Positions 45,148 to 54,229 of a stretch of 64,000 nucleotides of DNA are shown here, piece by piece. Below the pieces are notes generated by a model. It was given only the letters and a program-made list of their open reading frames with translations. It was not told the DNA's origin and searched no databases. This DNA is from Gemmatimonadales bacterium. Lineage in GTDB: Bacteria; Gemmatimonadota; Gemmatimonadetes; Gemmatimonadales; GWC2-71-9. The translations under genes were made by a program, and so were the position numbers. Where the stretch lies: the NCBI GenBank assembly GCA_036265815.1, contig DATAOI010000064.1, positions 91,831 to 155,830 of the forward strand. Reading direction: 5' to 3'. Positions within the stretch are counted from its first letter, which is position 1; every line of letters begins with the position of its first letter.

Positions 45148-45874
45148 AGTACCCCAATTGCTCATCCCATTCCCCTGGCCGCCCTTCCCGGGTGAAATCG
45201 AACAGGTTCCAGAGCGGTTCCAGCGTGCCGACGTGGCGTGGGTCCTGGCCGGGATCAGTCGGGGCGTAGAAGAGCTCTGAGCTCCAGAAGTGGCGGATCT
45301 CCGCGCCCTGGCGGTGGAACACGGTGAGCATCGGCCGCTGCGATCCCCCCGCGGTCTCGGCGAGGTAGTCGCGGTTGTAGGAGTTGGCGGCCGAGCTCAG
45401 GAGCCGGAGGCGGCGCCAGTCGCGCTCCTGGGCGAAGGTCAGCAGGCGTGTCAGCGGCGCCTTGGCGACGACGGCGAAGTTGAGGTGCTGACTGGCGTGC
45501 TCGACCGCGCCATCCAGCTGGTCGAGCAGCGCCACGCACGAGGGGCACGGGGCCTCCGCCAATGGCAGCCGCGCCGTCCGGCCGGCCGGTGCTCCCGGCC
45601 GCGCATCGCCGGGGTCGCGGGGGAACATGAAGCTGTAGATCACCAGCGAATCCTTGCCCGGCGCAAATAGCTGGGACATCCGCACCGCGACCGGAGCACC
45701 ATCGGCACCCGCGCCCGCAAAGACGTAGTCCTCCGGAACGACCCCGCCGGGCGGCAGCTCGCGCCTTGCGGCCGCCACCGCCTCCATCGCGTGGCGGAGC
45801 TCGATCTCCATCCGCAACAGCCGGTCGCGCGCGGTGCGGTATTGCGGGGACTCGTTGGGGAAGGTGACGGGCAT
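45146..45874 (-). CDS. DUF899 thioredoxin-fold protein
   Basis: I chose the ATG at 45874 (MPVTFPNESPQYRTARDRLLRMEIELR...). The CPSC motif and the ...FWSSELFYAP...PLWNLFDFT pattern are typical of DUF899. Confidence 0.75.
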   Translation of the reverse strand: MPVTFPNESPQYRTARDRLLRMEIELRHAMEAVAAARRELPPGGVVPEDYVFAGAGADGAPVAVRMSQLFAPGKDSLVIYSFMFPRDPGDARPGAPAGRTARLPLAEAPCPSCVALLDQLDGAVEHASQHLNFAVVAKAPLTRLLTFAQERDWRRLRLLSSAANSYNRDYLAETAGGSQRPMLTVFHRQGAEIRHFWSSELFYAPTDPGQDPRHVGTLEPLWNLFDFTREGRPGEWDEQLGY

Positions 45875-45892
45875 GAGTTGAGGCTCCGGGGA

Positions 45893-46010
45893 AAGGTGAG
45901 GCAGGGTGGGGCAGGTGGGGCAGGGTGGGGCAAGGTGGGCACGGCGCTCAACGACTGGGTATGTTGCCTTCACCCTGCCCCACCCTGCCCCATCCTGCCT
46001 CACCTTACCC
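45893..46010. repeat. decamer-array palindrome with conserved long loop
   Basis: The G-arm is 45893-45940, the loop is 45941-45966 (acggcgctcaacgactgggtatgttg) and the C-arm is 45967-46010. Confidence 0.85.
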
Positions 46011-46811
46011 CCCTACCTCCGGCACCCCGTACTGCCGCAAGATCCGTTCGATCTCCGCTCGCCGGCGCACGAGCGCCGCGTCGAGCTGGTTTCGGAGTGT
46101 GGTATCCTCCCGCCGTACCCCCAACGAGATCGCGAAGGTGAATGGGAGCCCCGGCGGGTCGATGGCGGGCTTCACCGGCGTGAGCGTCATCGGCACCTTC
46201 TCCCGGCTACCGAAATAGCCGGCGAACGGACCCCACACGATCGCCACGTCGACGTCGCCCCTGGCCACCGCGTGGATCAGCTCGGCCGGCGGGTTGGGCT
46301 TGGAATAGTCGCCGTACAGGCTGTAGCCGACCACGTTCTCCGCGATGTGGCGCCGGCCCAGCGCGTGGGCCGGGGGCGGGTTGGTGTAGTCGTCGCCGAT
46401 GAAGTGGATCCCGATGCGGACCCGCCGGAGCGCCGGGTCGTCCAGCGATTGGATCCGGAGCCCCCGGTCCCGCCGAGTGAGAAAGACGTAGGTCGATGTG
46501 TAGTACGGCCGAGTGGTGAGGACACGGTCGCTCCCCACGGGCATCCCCATGATCACATCGCAGCGGCCGGCACCGAGCGTCTTCCTGACAAAGCCGCGCC
46601 ACTGCGGAGCCCAGGTGAACGCCAACCGCGCGTGGAGCTCATCCGCCATCAGGGCGGCGATCCGATCCTCGAAGCCCTCACCGCGTCGGTTGGAGAACGG
46701 GAGATTGTTGGGATCCGCGCAGACGCGAAGCGTGCGTATCGCCGGTGGCGGCGCCACATCGGCCCACCCGGCCAGGAGCATCGCGGCGAGCACCGGCATC
46801 GCCAGTTTCAT
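46005..46811 (-). CDS. periplasmic substrate-binding protein (family 3; quinoprotein-dehydrogenase-associated MoxJ-like)
   Basis: It has a signal peptide. The pattern LRVCADPNNLPFSN..GFEDRIAALMA...CDVIMGMP...RPYYTSTYVF is typical of the MoxJ/TIGR03871-like SBP family. Confidence 0.7.
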   Translation of the reverse strand: MKLAMPVLAAMLLAGWADVAPPPAIRTLRVCADPNNLPFSNRRGEGFEDRIAALMADELHARLAFTWAPQWRGFVRKTLGAGRCDVIMGMPVGSDRVLTTRPYYTSTYVFLTRRDRGLRIQSLDDPALRRVRIGIHFIGDDYTNPPPAHALGRRHIAENVVGYSLYGDYSKPNPPAELIHAVARGDVDVAIVWGPFAGYFGSREKVPMTLTPVKPAIDPPGLPFTFAISLGVRREDTTLRNQLDAALVRRRAEIERILRQYGVPEVGG

Positions 46812-46864
46812 CGCTGAAGTAGACGGCAGAGAGCGTTCTCGGAGCGGTGATGCAGGTCACGGGG

Positions 46865-46940
46865 GAGGGTGGGGCAAGGTGGGGCAGGGTGAGGCAGGGT
46901 GAGGCAGGGTGGGGCAGGGTGAGGCAAGGTGAGGCAGGGT
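46865..46940. repeat. long solo G-rich decamer array (about 7.5 units) upstream of the four-helix-bundle gene
   Basis: The sequence is gagggtggggcaaggtggggcagggtgaggcagggtgaggcagggtggggcagggtgaggcaaggtgaggcagggt. Confidence 0.85.
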
Positions 46941-46994
46941 TGGTTGGGCGGTGGATTGCTTACGGGACTGGGGTGGATCCAATGATCTTGGAGT

Positions 46995-47372
46995 ATGTCT
47001 CCGCCCTATGAGAGGCTCGCAGCGTGGCGGTTCTGTCATGAGCTTGCGCTCAGGTCGCGGGAGTTCACCAAAGGATGGAGCAAAGAAGACAGCTGGTTGG
47101 GGAGCCAGATACGCCGGGCTGCCTTCTCCGCCGCGGCGAACATGGTCGAGGGATCCACTAAGCGAGGTCCTCGCGAGTTCCGGCGTTATCTCGACATCTC
47201 CCTCGGCTCGCTTGCGGAGCTCGAATACGCCTTCCGATTTGCCTGCGACGCAAAGATCGAGTCGGACCTACCCTGGGATGACATCAGGACTCTGCGGAAC
47301 CGAGCCCACGGAACCACGCGGCTGCTCTACAACACGATAAGTGACAAGGTGAGGCAGGGTGAGGCAAAGTGA
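46995..47372 (+). CDS. four-helix-bundle protein (23S rRNA intervening-sequence protein family, Avd-like fold)
   Basis: 125 aa. The pattern WRFCHELAL...LGSQIRRAAFSAAANMVEGSTKRGPREFRRYLDISLGSLAELEYAFRFA matches the conserved core of TIGR02436-type proteins. The stop codon lies inside a repeat unit. Confidence 0.85.
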   Translation: MSPPYERLAAWRFCHELALRSREFTKGWSKEDSWLGSQIRRAAFSAAANMVEGSTKRGPREFRRYLDISLGSLAELEYAFRFACDAKIESDLPWDDIRTLRNRAHGTTRLLYNTISDKVRQGEAK

Positions 47373-47449
47373 GGCAAGGGGCTGTGAGCGAGTGGGTGTG
47401 TTGCCGTTACCCTGCCTCACCTTGCCCCACCCTGCCCCACCTTGCCTCC
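47346..47449. repeat. decamer-array palindrome with conserved long loop
   Basis: The G-arm is 47346-47380, the loop is 47381-47409 (gctgtgagcgagtgggtgtgttgccgtta) and the C-arm is 47410-47449. Confidence 0.85.
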
Positions 47450-47452
47450 CTT

Positions 47453-47995
47453 TCACGACGCCAACGCCACGTAGCTCGGAAGCGCCCGGAGGCGCCGTAC
47501 CCGGTTCAGATGGTGCGCGTCGCGCCGCTCGAGGAAGCCGAGTCCTTCGAGTGTGGTGAGCCAGCCGACGACCGGGTGGCGGAAGAAGGGACGGGAGAGG
47601 TCCTCCGGTCCCATGAGCCCGAGCACGGCGCGGAGATTGGCGCGGGCGCGGCTCCAGCGGACCTCGAGCTGCCCCAGGCTGCTGCCGCCCGACGGCAGAG
47701 TGCCCGGCGCCGCGGCGCGGAGGCGGCTGCCCCGCGCGAAGCTCAACGAAAGCAGCGGCAGCACCACGGCGGCGCGGGCGCTGTCGGCCAGGCTGCGGGT
47801 CGGAGGACGGTCAGGAATGCCGCGCAGCACCTCCTCCTCGGCCAGGACGAGATGCTCCACCAGGTCGAGCGCCGACCAGCTCCCGGGCGCCGGATGGAAG
47901 ACCAGGCGTCCCGGCGTCATGGCGTTGAGCTCGCGCAGCATGGCGGCGCGCTGCCGCTCCAGGCGGTTGAACCGGCGCTCGAGTTGGCGAAGCAT
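47453..47995 (-). CDS. DinB-family (DinB_2) four-helix metal-binding protein
   Basis: 180 aa. It has WSALDLVEHLVLAEE and a C-terminal HHLNRV, typical of the DinB superfamily His triad. Confidence 0.65.
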   Translation of the reverse strand: MLRQLERRFNRLERQRAAMLRELNAMTPGRLVFHPAPGSWSALDLVEHLVLAEEEVLRGIPDRPPTRSLADSARAAVVLPLLSLSFARGSRLRAAAPGTLPSGGSSLGQLEVRWSRARANLRAVLGLMGPEDLSRPFFRHPVVGWLTTLEGLGFLERRDAHHLNRVRRLRALPSYVALAS

Positions 47996-48004
47996 GAGCC
48001 AAAC

Positions 48005-48784
48005 TTACTCGGTCGGCTCTCTGGAAGCGCGGCGGAGCCACCGGTCCAGCAACCACTCCCAGCCCAGCGTCGGCCGGATCGCTCCGGGCCGCACCCCGAA
48101 GAGCCTGAGGCTCTGCCGGCTGAGCGAGCTGTGGTCGCTGTAGCCGCCCTCGACGGCCACGGTGAGGAGCGGCACGCTCTGGTCCGCCTGGAGCCGGAGC
48201 GCCGAGCGGACGGCGTGCGCCGCGCCGAGCCACTTGGCCGGCCCCGGCACCCCGGCCCGGAGGAACCAGGTCCGCGTCGTCCGCTCGGCGCGGCCCAGCC
48301 GAACCAGCAGATCACCCAGCTCGTGGTGCAGCGGCGCCAGACGGAAGATCTGCCCGATGAGCTGGGCCACCGCGGGCGAGAGAGCGGGCAGCCGGACCGC
48401 CAGCCACTGCTCCACCTGCTCCGGCAGGTCGGTGGTATCGGTCATCGTGCGCTCCAGCCGGTCCCGCACCGCCTCGCCCTCGAAGAGCACCGCCCGCACC
48501 TGGAGTCCGCCCGCCCGGCGCACCCAGTCGAGGTCCTCGGGCGAGGCGCGCCGCTCGACCCGGAGCACCACTGGCGCCGCGGGGAATCGGGCGCGGAGTC
48601 GGGGGACCAGGGCGGTGATGGCGGACCACTCCTCGCGCGGCGCGGAGAGCCCGACGGCCAGCAGGCTGCCAGCGGCGAGATCGCTGGAACGGAGAGCGGC
48701 GAGCTCCGGCACTGCCGTGAACTCTCGATACGGCGGCGCCAGAGAGGAGACGGCAGGTGGCGCCAGCAGGGACAGGGACGGCAT
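48005..48784 (-). CDS. putative AraC-type helix-turn-helix domain protein
   Basis: The C-terminus LLTVAVEGGYSDHSSLSRQSLRLFGVRPGAIR resembles the second HTH of AraC/XylS regulators. The N-terminal domain is unrecognised. Confidence 0.45.
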   Translation of the reverse strand: MPSLSLLAPPAVSSLAPPYREFTAVPELAALRSSDLAAGSLLAVGLSAPREEWSAITALVPRLRARFPAAPVVLRVERRASPEDLDWVRRAGGLQVRAVLFEGEAVRDRLERTMTDTTDLPEQVEQWLAVRLPALSPAVAQLIGQIFRLAPLHHELGDLLVRLGRAERTTRTWFLRAGVPGPAKWLGAAHAVRSALRLQADQSVPLLTVAVEGGYSDHSSLSRQSLRLFGVRPGAIRPTLGWEWLLDRWLRRASREPTE

Positions 48785-48798
48785 GGCCGGATATTAAC

Positions 48799-49806
<1,008 letters not shown>

Positions 49807-49912
49807 TATCGCACGCTCCCCTCAGGTGATGGTCTCCTGGAATGACAGCTAGGGGCATGGGCGAGTAATTTCAAGTCTCGTGACGTTCCCGCGACCAGTA
49901 TCGAGGCGTCTC

Positions 49913-50512
49913 ATGGCCAATCAGGGATCCATCAAGCGGCTCTGTGTCTTCTGCGGGACCAACACCGGCGCCCGCCCGGAATACGCGGCGGCCGCCCGAC
50001 AGCTCGGCGCGCTGCTGGCGGAGGAGGAGATCGAGCTGGTCTACGGCGGCGCCAGCGTCGGCATCATGGGCGACCTGGCCGATGCGGTACAGGAGGGCGG
50101 CGGACACGTGACGGGCATCATCCCCCAGCAGCTCATCCAGAAGGAGGAGGCCCACCGCGGCATCCCCGATCTCATCGTGGTGGCATCGATGCACCAGCGG
50201 AAGTCGCAGATGGCCGACCTCTCCGACGGTTTCGTGGCACTGCCGGGGGGGATCGGCACGCTGGAAGGGTTCTTCGAGATGCTCACCTGGGGACAGCTCG
50301 GCATCCACGCCAAACCGTGCGCGATTCTCAATGTGGCGGGCTACTTCGAGCTGCTGTCGCGGTTCCTGGACCACGCCGTGAAGGAAGGATTCCTGACCGA
50401 GACCCACCGGGCCACCATCATCGTGGAATCCGATCCACGCCGACTGCTGGAGCGGCTTCGGGCCTACACCGCGCCGACGGGGGCGCCGCTTATGGGACGG
50501 TCGAATAGGTGA
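49913..50512 (+). CDS. LOG family protein (TIGR00730; cytokinin riboside 5'-monophosphate phosphoribohydrolase-like)
   Basis: It has CVFCGTN, YGGASVGIMG and the PGGIGTLEG motif. I chose the ATG at 49913; the track ORF starts at GTG 49880. Confidence 0.85.
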   Translation: MANQGSIKRLCVFCGTNTGARPEYAAAARQLGALLAEEEIELVYGGASVGIMGDLADAVQEGGGHVTGIIPQQLIQKEEAHRGIPDLIVVASMHQRKSQMADLSDGFVALPGGIGTLEGFFEMLTWGQLGIHAKPCAILNVAGYFELLSRFLDHAVKEGFLTETHRATIIVESDPRRLLERLRAYTAPTGAPLMGRSNR

Positions 50513-50621
50513 GGGAGGGTGGGGCAAGCTGGGGCAAGGTGGGGCAGAGTGAGGCAGGGGTGGTGAGCGACAGGGGGTGTTGCCTCACCTTGCCTCACTC
50601 TGCCCCACCCTGCCTCACCTT
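50508..50621. repeat. decamer-array palindrome with conserved long loop
   Basis: The G-arm is 50508-50559, the loop is 50560-50581 (gtggtgagcgacagggggtgtt) and the C-arm is 50582-50621. It contains the stop codons of both convergent genes. Confidence 0.85.
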
Positions 50622-51860
50622 GTATGCTTGTTTTTCCGGCGTCCAGCCCGCCAGCTCCGGATCGGGCGGCAGCAGCAGCGGCGACGGTCCCCGCATCGGG
50701 AAGCGGGCCTTGAGCCGGAGGAACGGCTGCTCCCACGCATGCCAGGAGACCAGAGCTACGACCGCTGAGACAGCGAGCATCATCCCCGTGAAGATCGCCT
50801 GCCCCAGGAGTTGCGAGCCCGCCCGCTGGGCGAACCAGGGCACGTCGAACCCCAGCAGCACCACCAGACCCATCAGCAACGGATGGAGCACGTAGAGTCC
50901 GTAGCTCAACCGGCCGAAGAAGCCGAGCACACGGCTGCGCCATAGCCGGCCGAACAGTGACCCCGCGGGAGCTGTGAGCGCGCCGGCAAGGAGCGCAGCG
51001 CAGGTGAGGGCGAGGAGCGGGTAGCCGATGGTCAGCATCCCCAGGGACCCCACCACCGGTCCCTGGGCAGTGGCGACTATGACCGTGACACCGACGGAGC
51101 CCACCACCAACACCGGACGGATTCCGGCCCTGAGCCACTCGAGTCCCCCCGGCTCGCTTGCCACCAGGGCGAGCCAGGCACCAGCGGCCAGAGGGTCGAG
51201 GTGGGCAGGGGTAAGCACGTAGGAGACCACTCCCGGTTGCCCCAAGCCACGAAGGGTCATGCGGAGCACGAAACTTACCAGAACGGCGCCAAGGCAGACG
51301 GTTTTGAGGCGCTCCCGCGACAACAGCCACACGACCAGCGGCCACACCAGGTAGAACTGCTCCTCGACTGCCAGCGACCAGAAATGTTCCAGCTCGAAGC
51401 TGGTGTTCCAGGAGCCCGCCAGCACGATCCTCACGTTGGCGAGGTAGCTCCAGTACCAGCCCTGGCTGTGCAGGAGATCCCGGGTCCGTTCGGCCCCCAA
51501 AAGATGGAGATGGGGAAGGCCGACAAAGACCAGCAGAAGGCTACCGTAGTACAGCGGAAAGATCCTGAAAGCGCGCCGCAGATAGAAGTTGCGGAAAAAC
51601 CGCTGCCCCCCCTTGGCCTCCAGCAGGATGCCCGTGATGAGAAAGCCCGACAGGACGAAAAAGAGGTCCACCCCGAGCCATCCAGTGGCCGCAACGCGAC
51701 TCAGCTGGCGTTCGAATGGATTGGTCGGCTGGAGGCGCATGAAATGCGCGAACAGGACGGGCAGGATGGCCAGGCCCCGCAGCCCGTCCAGGGCTGGCAG
51801 GTGACCGGACAACCTGGATACGGCTCGGGAGGTGGCCATCGAAGGCGCAAACCGAGGCAA
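50595..51860 (-). CDS. acyltransferase family 3 (OafA/YrhL-like O-acyltransferase) membrane protein
   Basis: About 10 TM helices. The N-terminus LPALDGLRGLAILPVLFAHF and the FFVLSGFLITG motif are characteristic of acyltransferase_3. Confidence 0.85.
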   Translation of the reverse strand: MPRFAPSMATSRAVSRLSGHLPALDGLRGLAILPVLFAHFMRLQPTNPFERQLSRVAATGWLGVDLFFVLSGFLITGILLEAKGGQRFFRNFYLRRAFRIFPLYYGSLLLVFVGLPHLHLLGAERTRDLLHSQGWYWSYLANVRIVLAGSWNTSFELEHFWSLAVEEQFYLVWPLVVWLLSRERLKTVCLGAVLVSFVLRMTLRGLGQPGVVSYVLTPAHLDPLAAGAWLALVASEPGGLEWLRAGIRPVLVVGSVGVTVIVATAQGPVVGSLGMLTIGYPLLALTCAALLAGALTAPAGSLFGRLWRSRVLGFFGRLSYGLYVLHPLLMGLVVLLGFDVPWFAQRAGSQLLGQAIFTGMMLAVSAVVALVSWHAWEQPFLRLKARFPMRGPSPLLLPPDPELAGWTPEKQAYKVRQGGAE

Positions 51861-51884
51861 AATATGCGCCCCGCGGAACTTGCC

Positions 51885-52811
51885 TCACCTTCCCTTCTCC
51901 GGCTTCACCGCAAGCTTGGGCGCCGGATCCTTGGTCGCATGCTCCGCGGGCGGCCTGCCCCCGAATCGTTCCACGTAAAAACGAGTGAACTCCGCCCCAA
52001 GCAGCACGATCTGCGCGGAGTAATAGACCCACAGCAACAGCACGATGACCGATCCCGCCGCGCCGTAGCTCGAGGCCGTGGTGCTCTGTCCCAGATACAG
52101 CCCGATCACCTGCTTGCCGATGCTGAAGAGTCCCGCCGTCACCAGGCCGCCTATCCATACGTCGCGCCAGCGCAGGTCCACATCGGGCAGCACCTTGTAC
52201 ACCATGGCGAAGAGCAGCGTCACAACGCCCAACGACACCAGGACGTTGGCGGCCTGCCAAACGACCGCGAGTGCGGGGAATGCGTGTCCCATGTACTGGT
52301 CGAGTGCGGCGAGCGCGGCGCTCACCAGGAGCGAGACCAGCAACAGGAATCCCACCCCGACCACCAGCGCGAACGAGATCACCCGCGGTAGCAGCAACTG
52401 CCGGATGCCCGCGCTCGGCTTGGGCTTCACCCGCCAGATGGCGTCCAGCGCAGTCTGCAGCTCGAGGAACACGCCGGTCGATCCCAGAAAGAGCGTCACC
52501 ATCCCTATCACCGTCGCCAGCGTGCTGGAGGACCGCTTGGCGGCGCCCTCGAGCATCGCCTGTATGGCCTCCGCGCCGCTCCTCCCCACCAGGCCCTGGA
52601 TCTGTCCTACGATCTCACCCCGCACCGCCTCGGGGCCGAACACCAGTCCGGCCATGGCGATTGCCACCAGCAGGATGGGCGCGAGGGCGAAGAGGGTGTA
52701 GTAGGCGAGTGAGGCGCCCAGCCGGGGGACGTTGTCGTCCCACCAGCCAGCCAGCGCGTGCCTCATCACCCACCAGAGCGCGGCGGGAGTGATGATGACC
52801 CGCCGCTTCAC
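51885..52811 (-). CDS. YihY/BrkB (virulence factor BrkB / former RNase BN) family membrane protein
   Basis: It has WWDDNVPRLGASLAYYTLFALAPILLV and a C-terminal YYSAQIVLLGAEFT. The GTG start overlaps the upstream stop (GTGA). Confidence 0.85.
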   Translation of the reverse strand: MKRRVIITPAALWWVMRHALAGWWDDNVPRLGASLAYYTLFALAPILLVAIAMAGLVFGPEAVRGEIVGQIQGLVGRSGAEAIQAMLEGAAKRSSSTLATVIGMVTLFLGSTGVFLELQTALDAIWRVKPKPSAGIRQLLLPRVISFALVVGVGFLLLVSLLVSAALAALDQYMGHAFPALAVVWQAANVLVSLGVVTLLFAMVYKVLPDVDLRWRDVWIGGLVTAGLFSIGKQVIGLYLGQSTTASSYGAAGSVIVLLLWVYYSAQIVLLGAEFTRFYVERFGGRPPAEHATKDPAPKLAVKPEKGR

Positions 52812-54229
52812 GTCGGTGGACGACCGTCCGGGGCGCAGGCGGTCATGAGATAGAGCTGCCGGCCCGACTCCTCGACCGGACGCACGGTGTCGACGCGGAA
52901 GCGCGTCGCGAAGGCGCGCTCGAACCCTTCGCGGGTGTAGTCCGGGAAGATGTCCGGGCGGTTCTGCAGCAGGCGTTGGACCTGGCTGTCCTCCTTAGGC
53001 ACGAACTCGATCACCAGCGAGCGGCCCAGCCGGGCGAGGAAATCGGCGATCCGGGGCAGCGGCAGATTGCGGCCGATGGCCAGGTGGTGCACCAGCGCGA
53101 GCGCCAGCACCGCGTCCGCCGGGCCGCGCTGCTCCAGCGACAGCCGCTCGCTGTGGGCCCACCCCTGCGCCGGCGAGGGATTGGCGAGATCCAGCACCAG
53201 CGGAAGGACGCCCGTCTCCGACTTTTCCCGCACTCGGCGATAGTTCCGCTCCACCGCCGCGGGATCCAGATCGAAGGAGACGACCTGTGGCGCCACCTCG
53301 CGGGCGGCGCGGGTGTAGTCCCCGGTGTTGGCGCCCAGGTCCCAGACCGTCGCGGGCGAGAGCGGACGGAGATACTCGGTCACGATCTCCCGCTTGGAGC
53401 GCGCCGCCGATGTGGTATAGCTGTTGTCGGTGGCATACTCGGCCCAGACGGTGCCGGCCGGATTCCAGGCGAGACCCTCGACCGCGGAGCGGAGACTCGC
53501 CACCAGCCCGCTCACCGCGTTCCTGCTCATCGTGCGACCCCGCCCCTTGGCGCTCACGGACGCGCCGGCGTAGCGGGACTGCGCCTTGGCGTGCAGATGG
53601 ACGTGGAGCAGCAGGCCCAGCCGGGCCCAACTCGTGGTGGGAAGCAGCCGACTGCCCAGATCCAGCGGCACGCCATCGAGGTGGGTGCGGAGAAGGGTGG
53701 AGCAACGCACGTCGCGCAGGCTCATGAGCGCGAGCGGCACCAGGAAGTGCTCGCAGAACTGCCCGTACGCGATCCACGGCGTCCCCTCCACCCGCGGCTC
53801 GAAGGAGAGGGTGTCGATGAAGATCGGCCGGCCGTCGCGGAACTGCACGTTGTACGCACTGGCGTCGCGCAGCACGAAGTCGCGGGCGAGCGCCCGCTGC
53901 TGCAGGTCGAGGGTCAGCAGCGCCGCGTCCCGCAGCTGGCCGAACGACCACTCGTACGGATAGGAGATGAAGGGAACCCGCTCGGGGCGAAGCACCGTGA
54001 AGGCATCCGCCGTGGCCGCCTGGGACAGACCGGCGTCGGTGTGGGGAATCAGCAGTCCGTCACCGGCGAGCTCGTCGTACAGTCCAGAGGAGAGAAACGC
54101 CTCGAAGGTAGGGCGAAACCCGGCATTGACCTGGCGGTAGAGGGTCCCGTCCCGGGTGAAGACGAAGCCGCTGGGGTCGCGGAAGGAGCCGTCGACCGGC
54201 TGCCAGCTCACCGCCCCGGGTCCGCTCAC
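52808..54229 (-). CDS. class I SAM-dependent methyltransferase with N-terminal uncharacterised domain
   Basis: GTG 54229 overlaps the ALDH stop (GTGA). The N-domain reads SWQPVDGSFRDPSGFVFTRDGTLYRQVN. Motif I is VWDLGANTGDYT, and LALVHHL follows. The rest of track ORF 52808..55147 is out-of-frame shadow of the ALDH gene. Confidence 0.75.
   Translation of the reverse strand: MSGPGAVSWQPVDGSFRDPSGFVFTRDGTLYRQVNAGFRPTFEAFLSSGLYDELAGDGLLIPHTDAGLSQAATADAFTVLRPERVPFISYPYEWSFGQLRDAALLTLDLQQRALARDFVLRDASAYNVQFRDGRPIFIDTLSFEPRVEGTPWIAYGQFCEHFLVPLALMSLRDVRCSTLLRTHLDGVPLDLGSRLLPTTSWARLGLLLHVHLHAKAQSRYAGASVSAKGRGRTMSRNAVSGLVASLRSAVEGLAWNPAGTVWAEYATDNSYTTSAARSKREIVTEYLRPLSPATVWDLGANTGDYTRAAREVAPQVVSFDLDPAAVERNYRRVREKSETGVLPLVLDLANPSPAQGWAHSERLSLEQRGPADAVLALALVHHLAIGRNLPLPRIADFLARLGRSLVIEFVPKEDSQVQRLLQNRPDIFPDYTREGFERAFATRFRVDTVRPVEESGRQLYLMTACAPDGRPPT

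Noticed and set aside
46995-47372. Four-helix-bundle protein as the Avd component of a diversity-generating retroelement
   Set aside because: I could not find a reverse transcriptase gene or a template/variable repeat pair with adenine-specific differences anywhere in the window.
44487-47449. Decamer arrays as a possible CRISPR array
   Set aside because: The units are only 10 bp, directly abutting with no spacers, and are paired with an inverted complementary array. No cas genes are present in the window.
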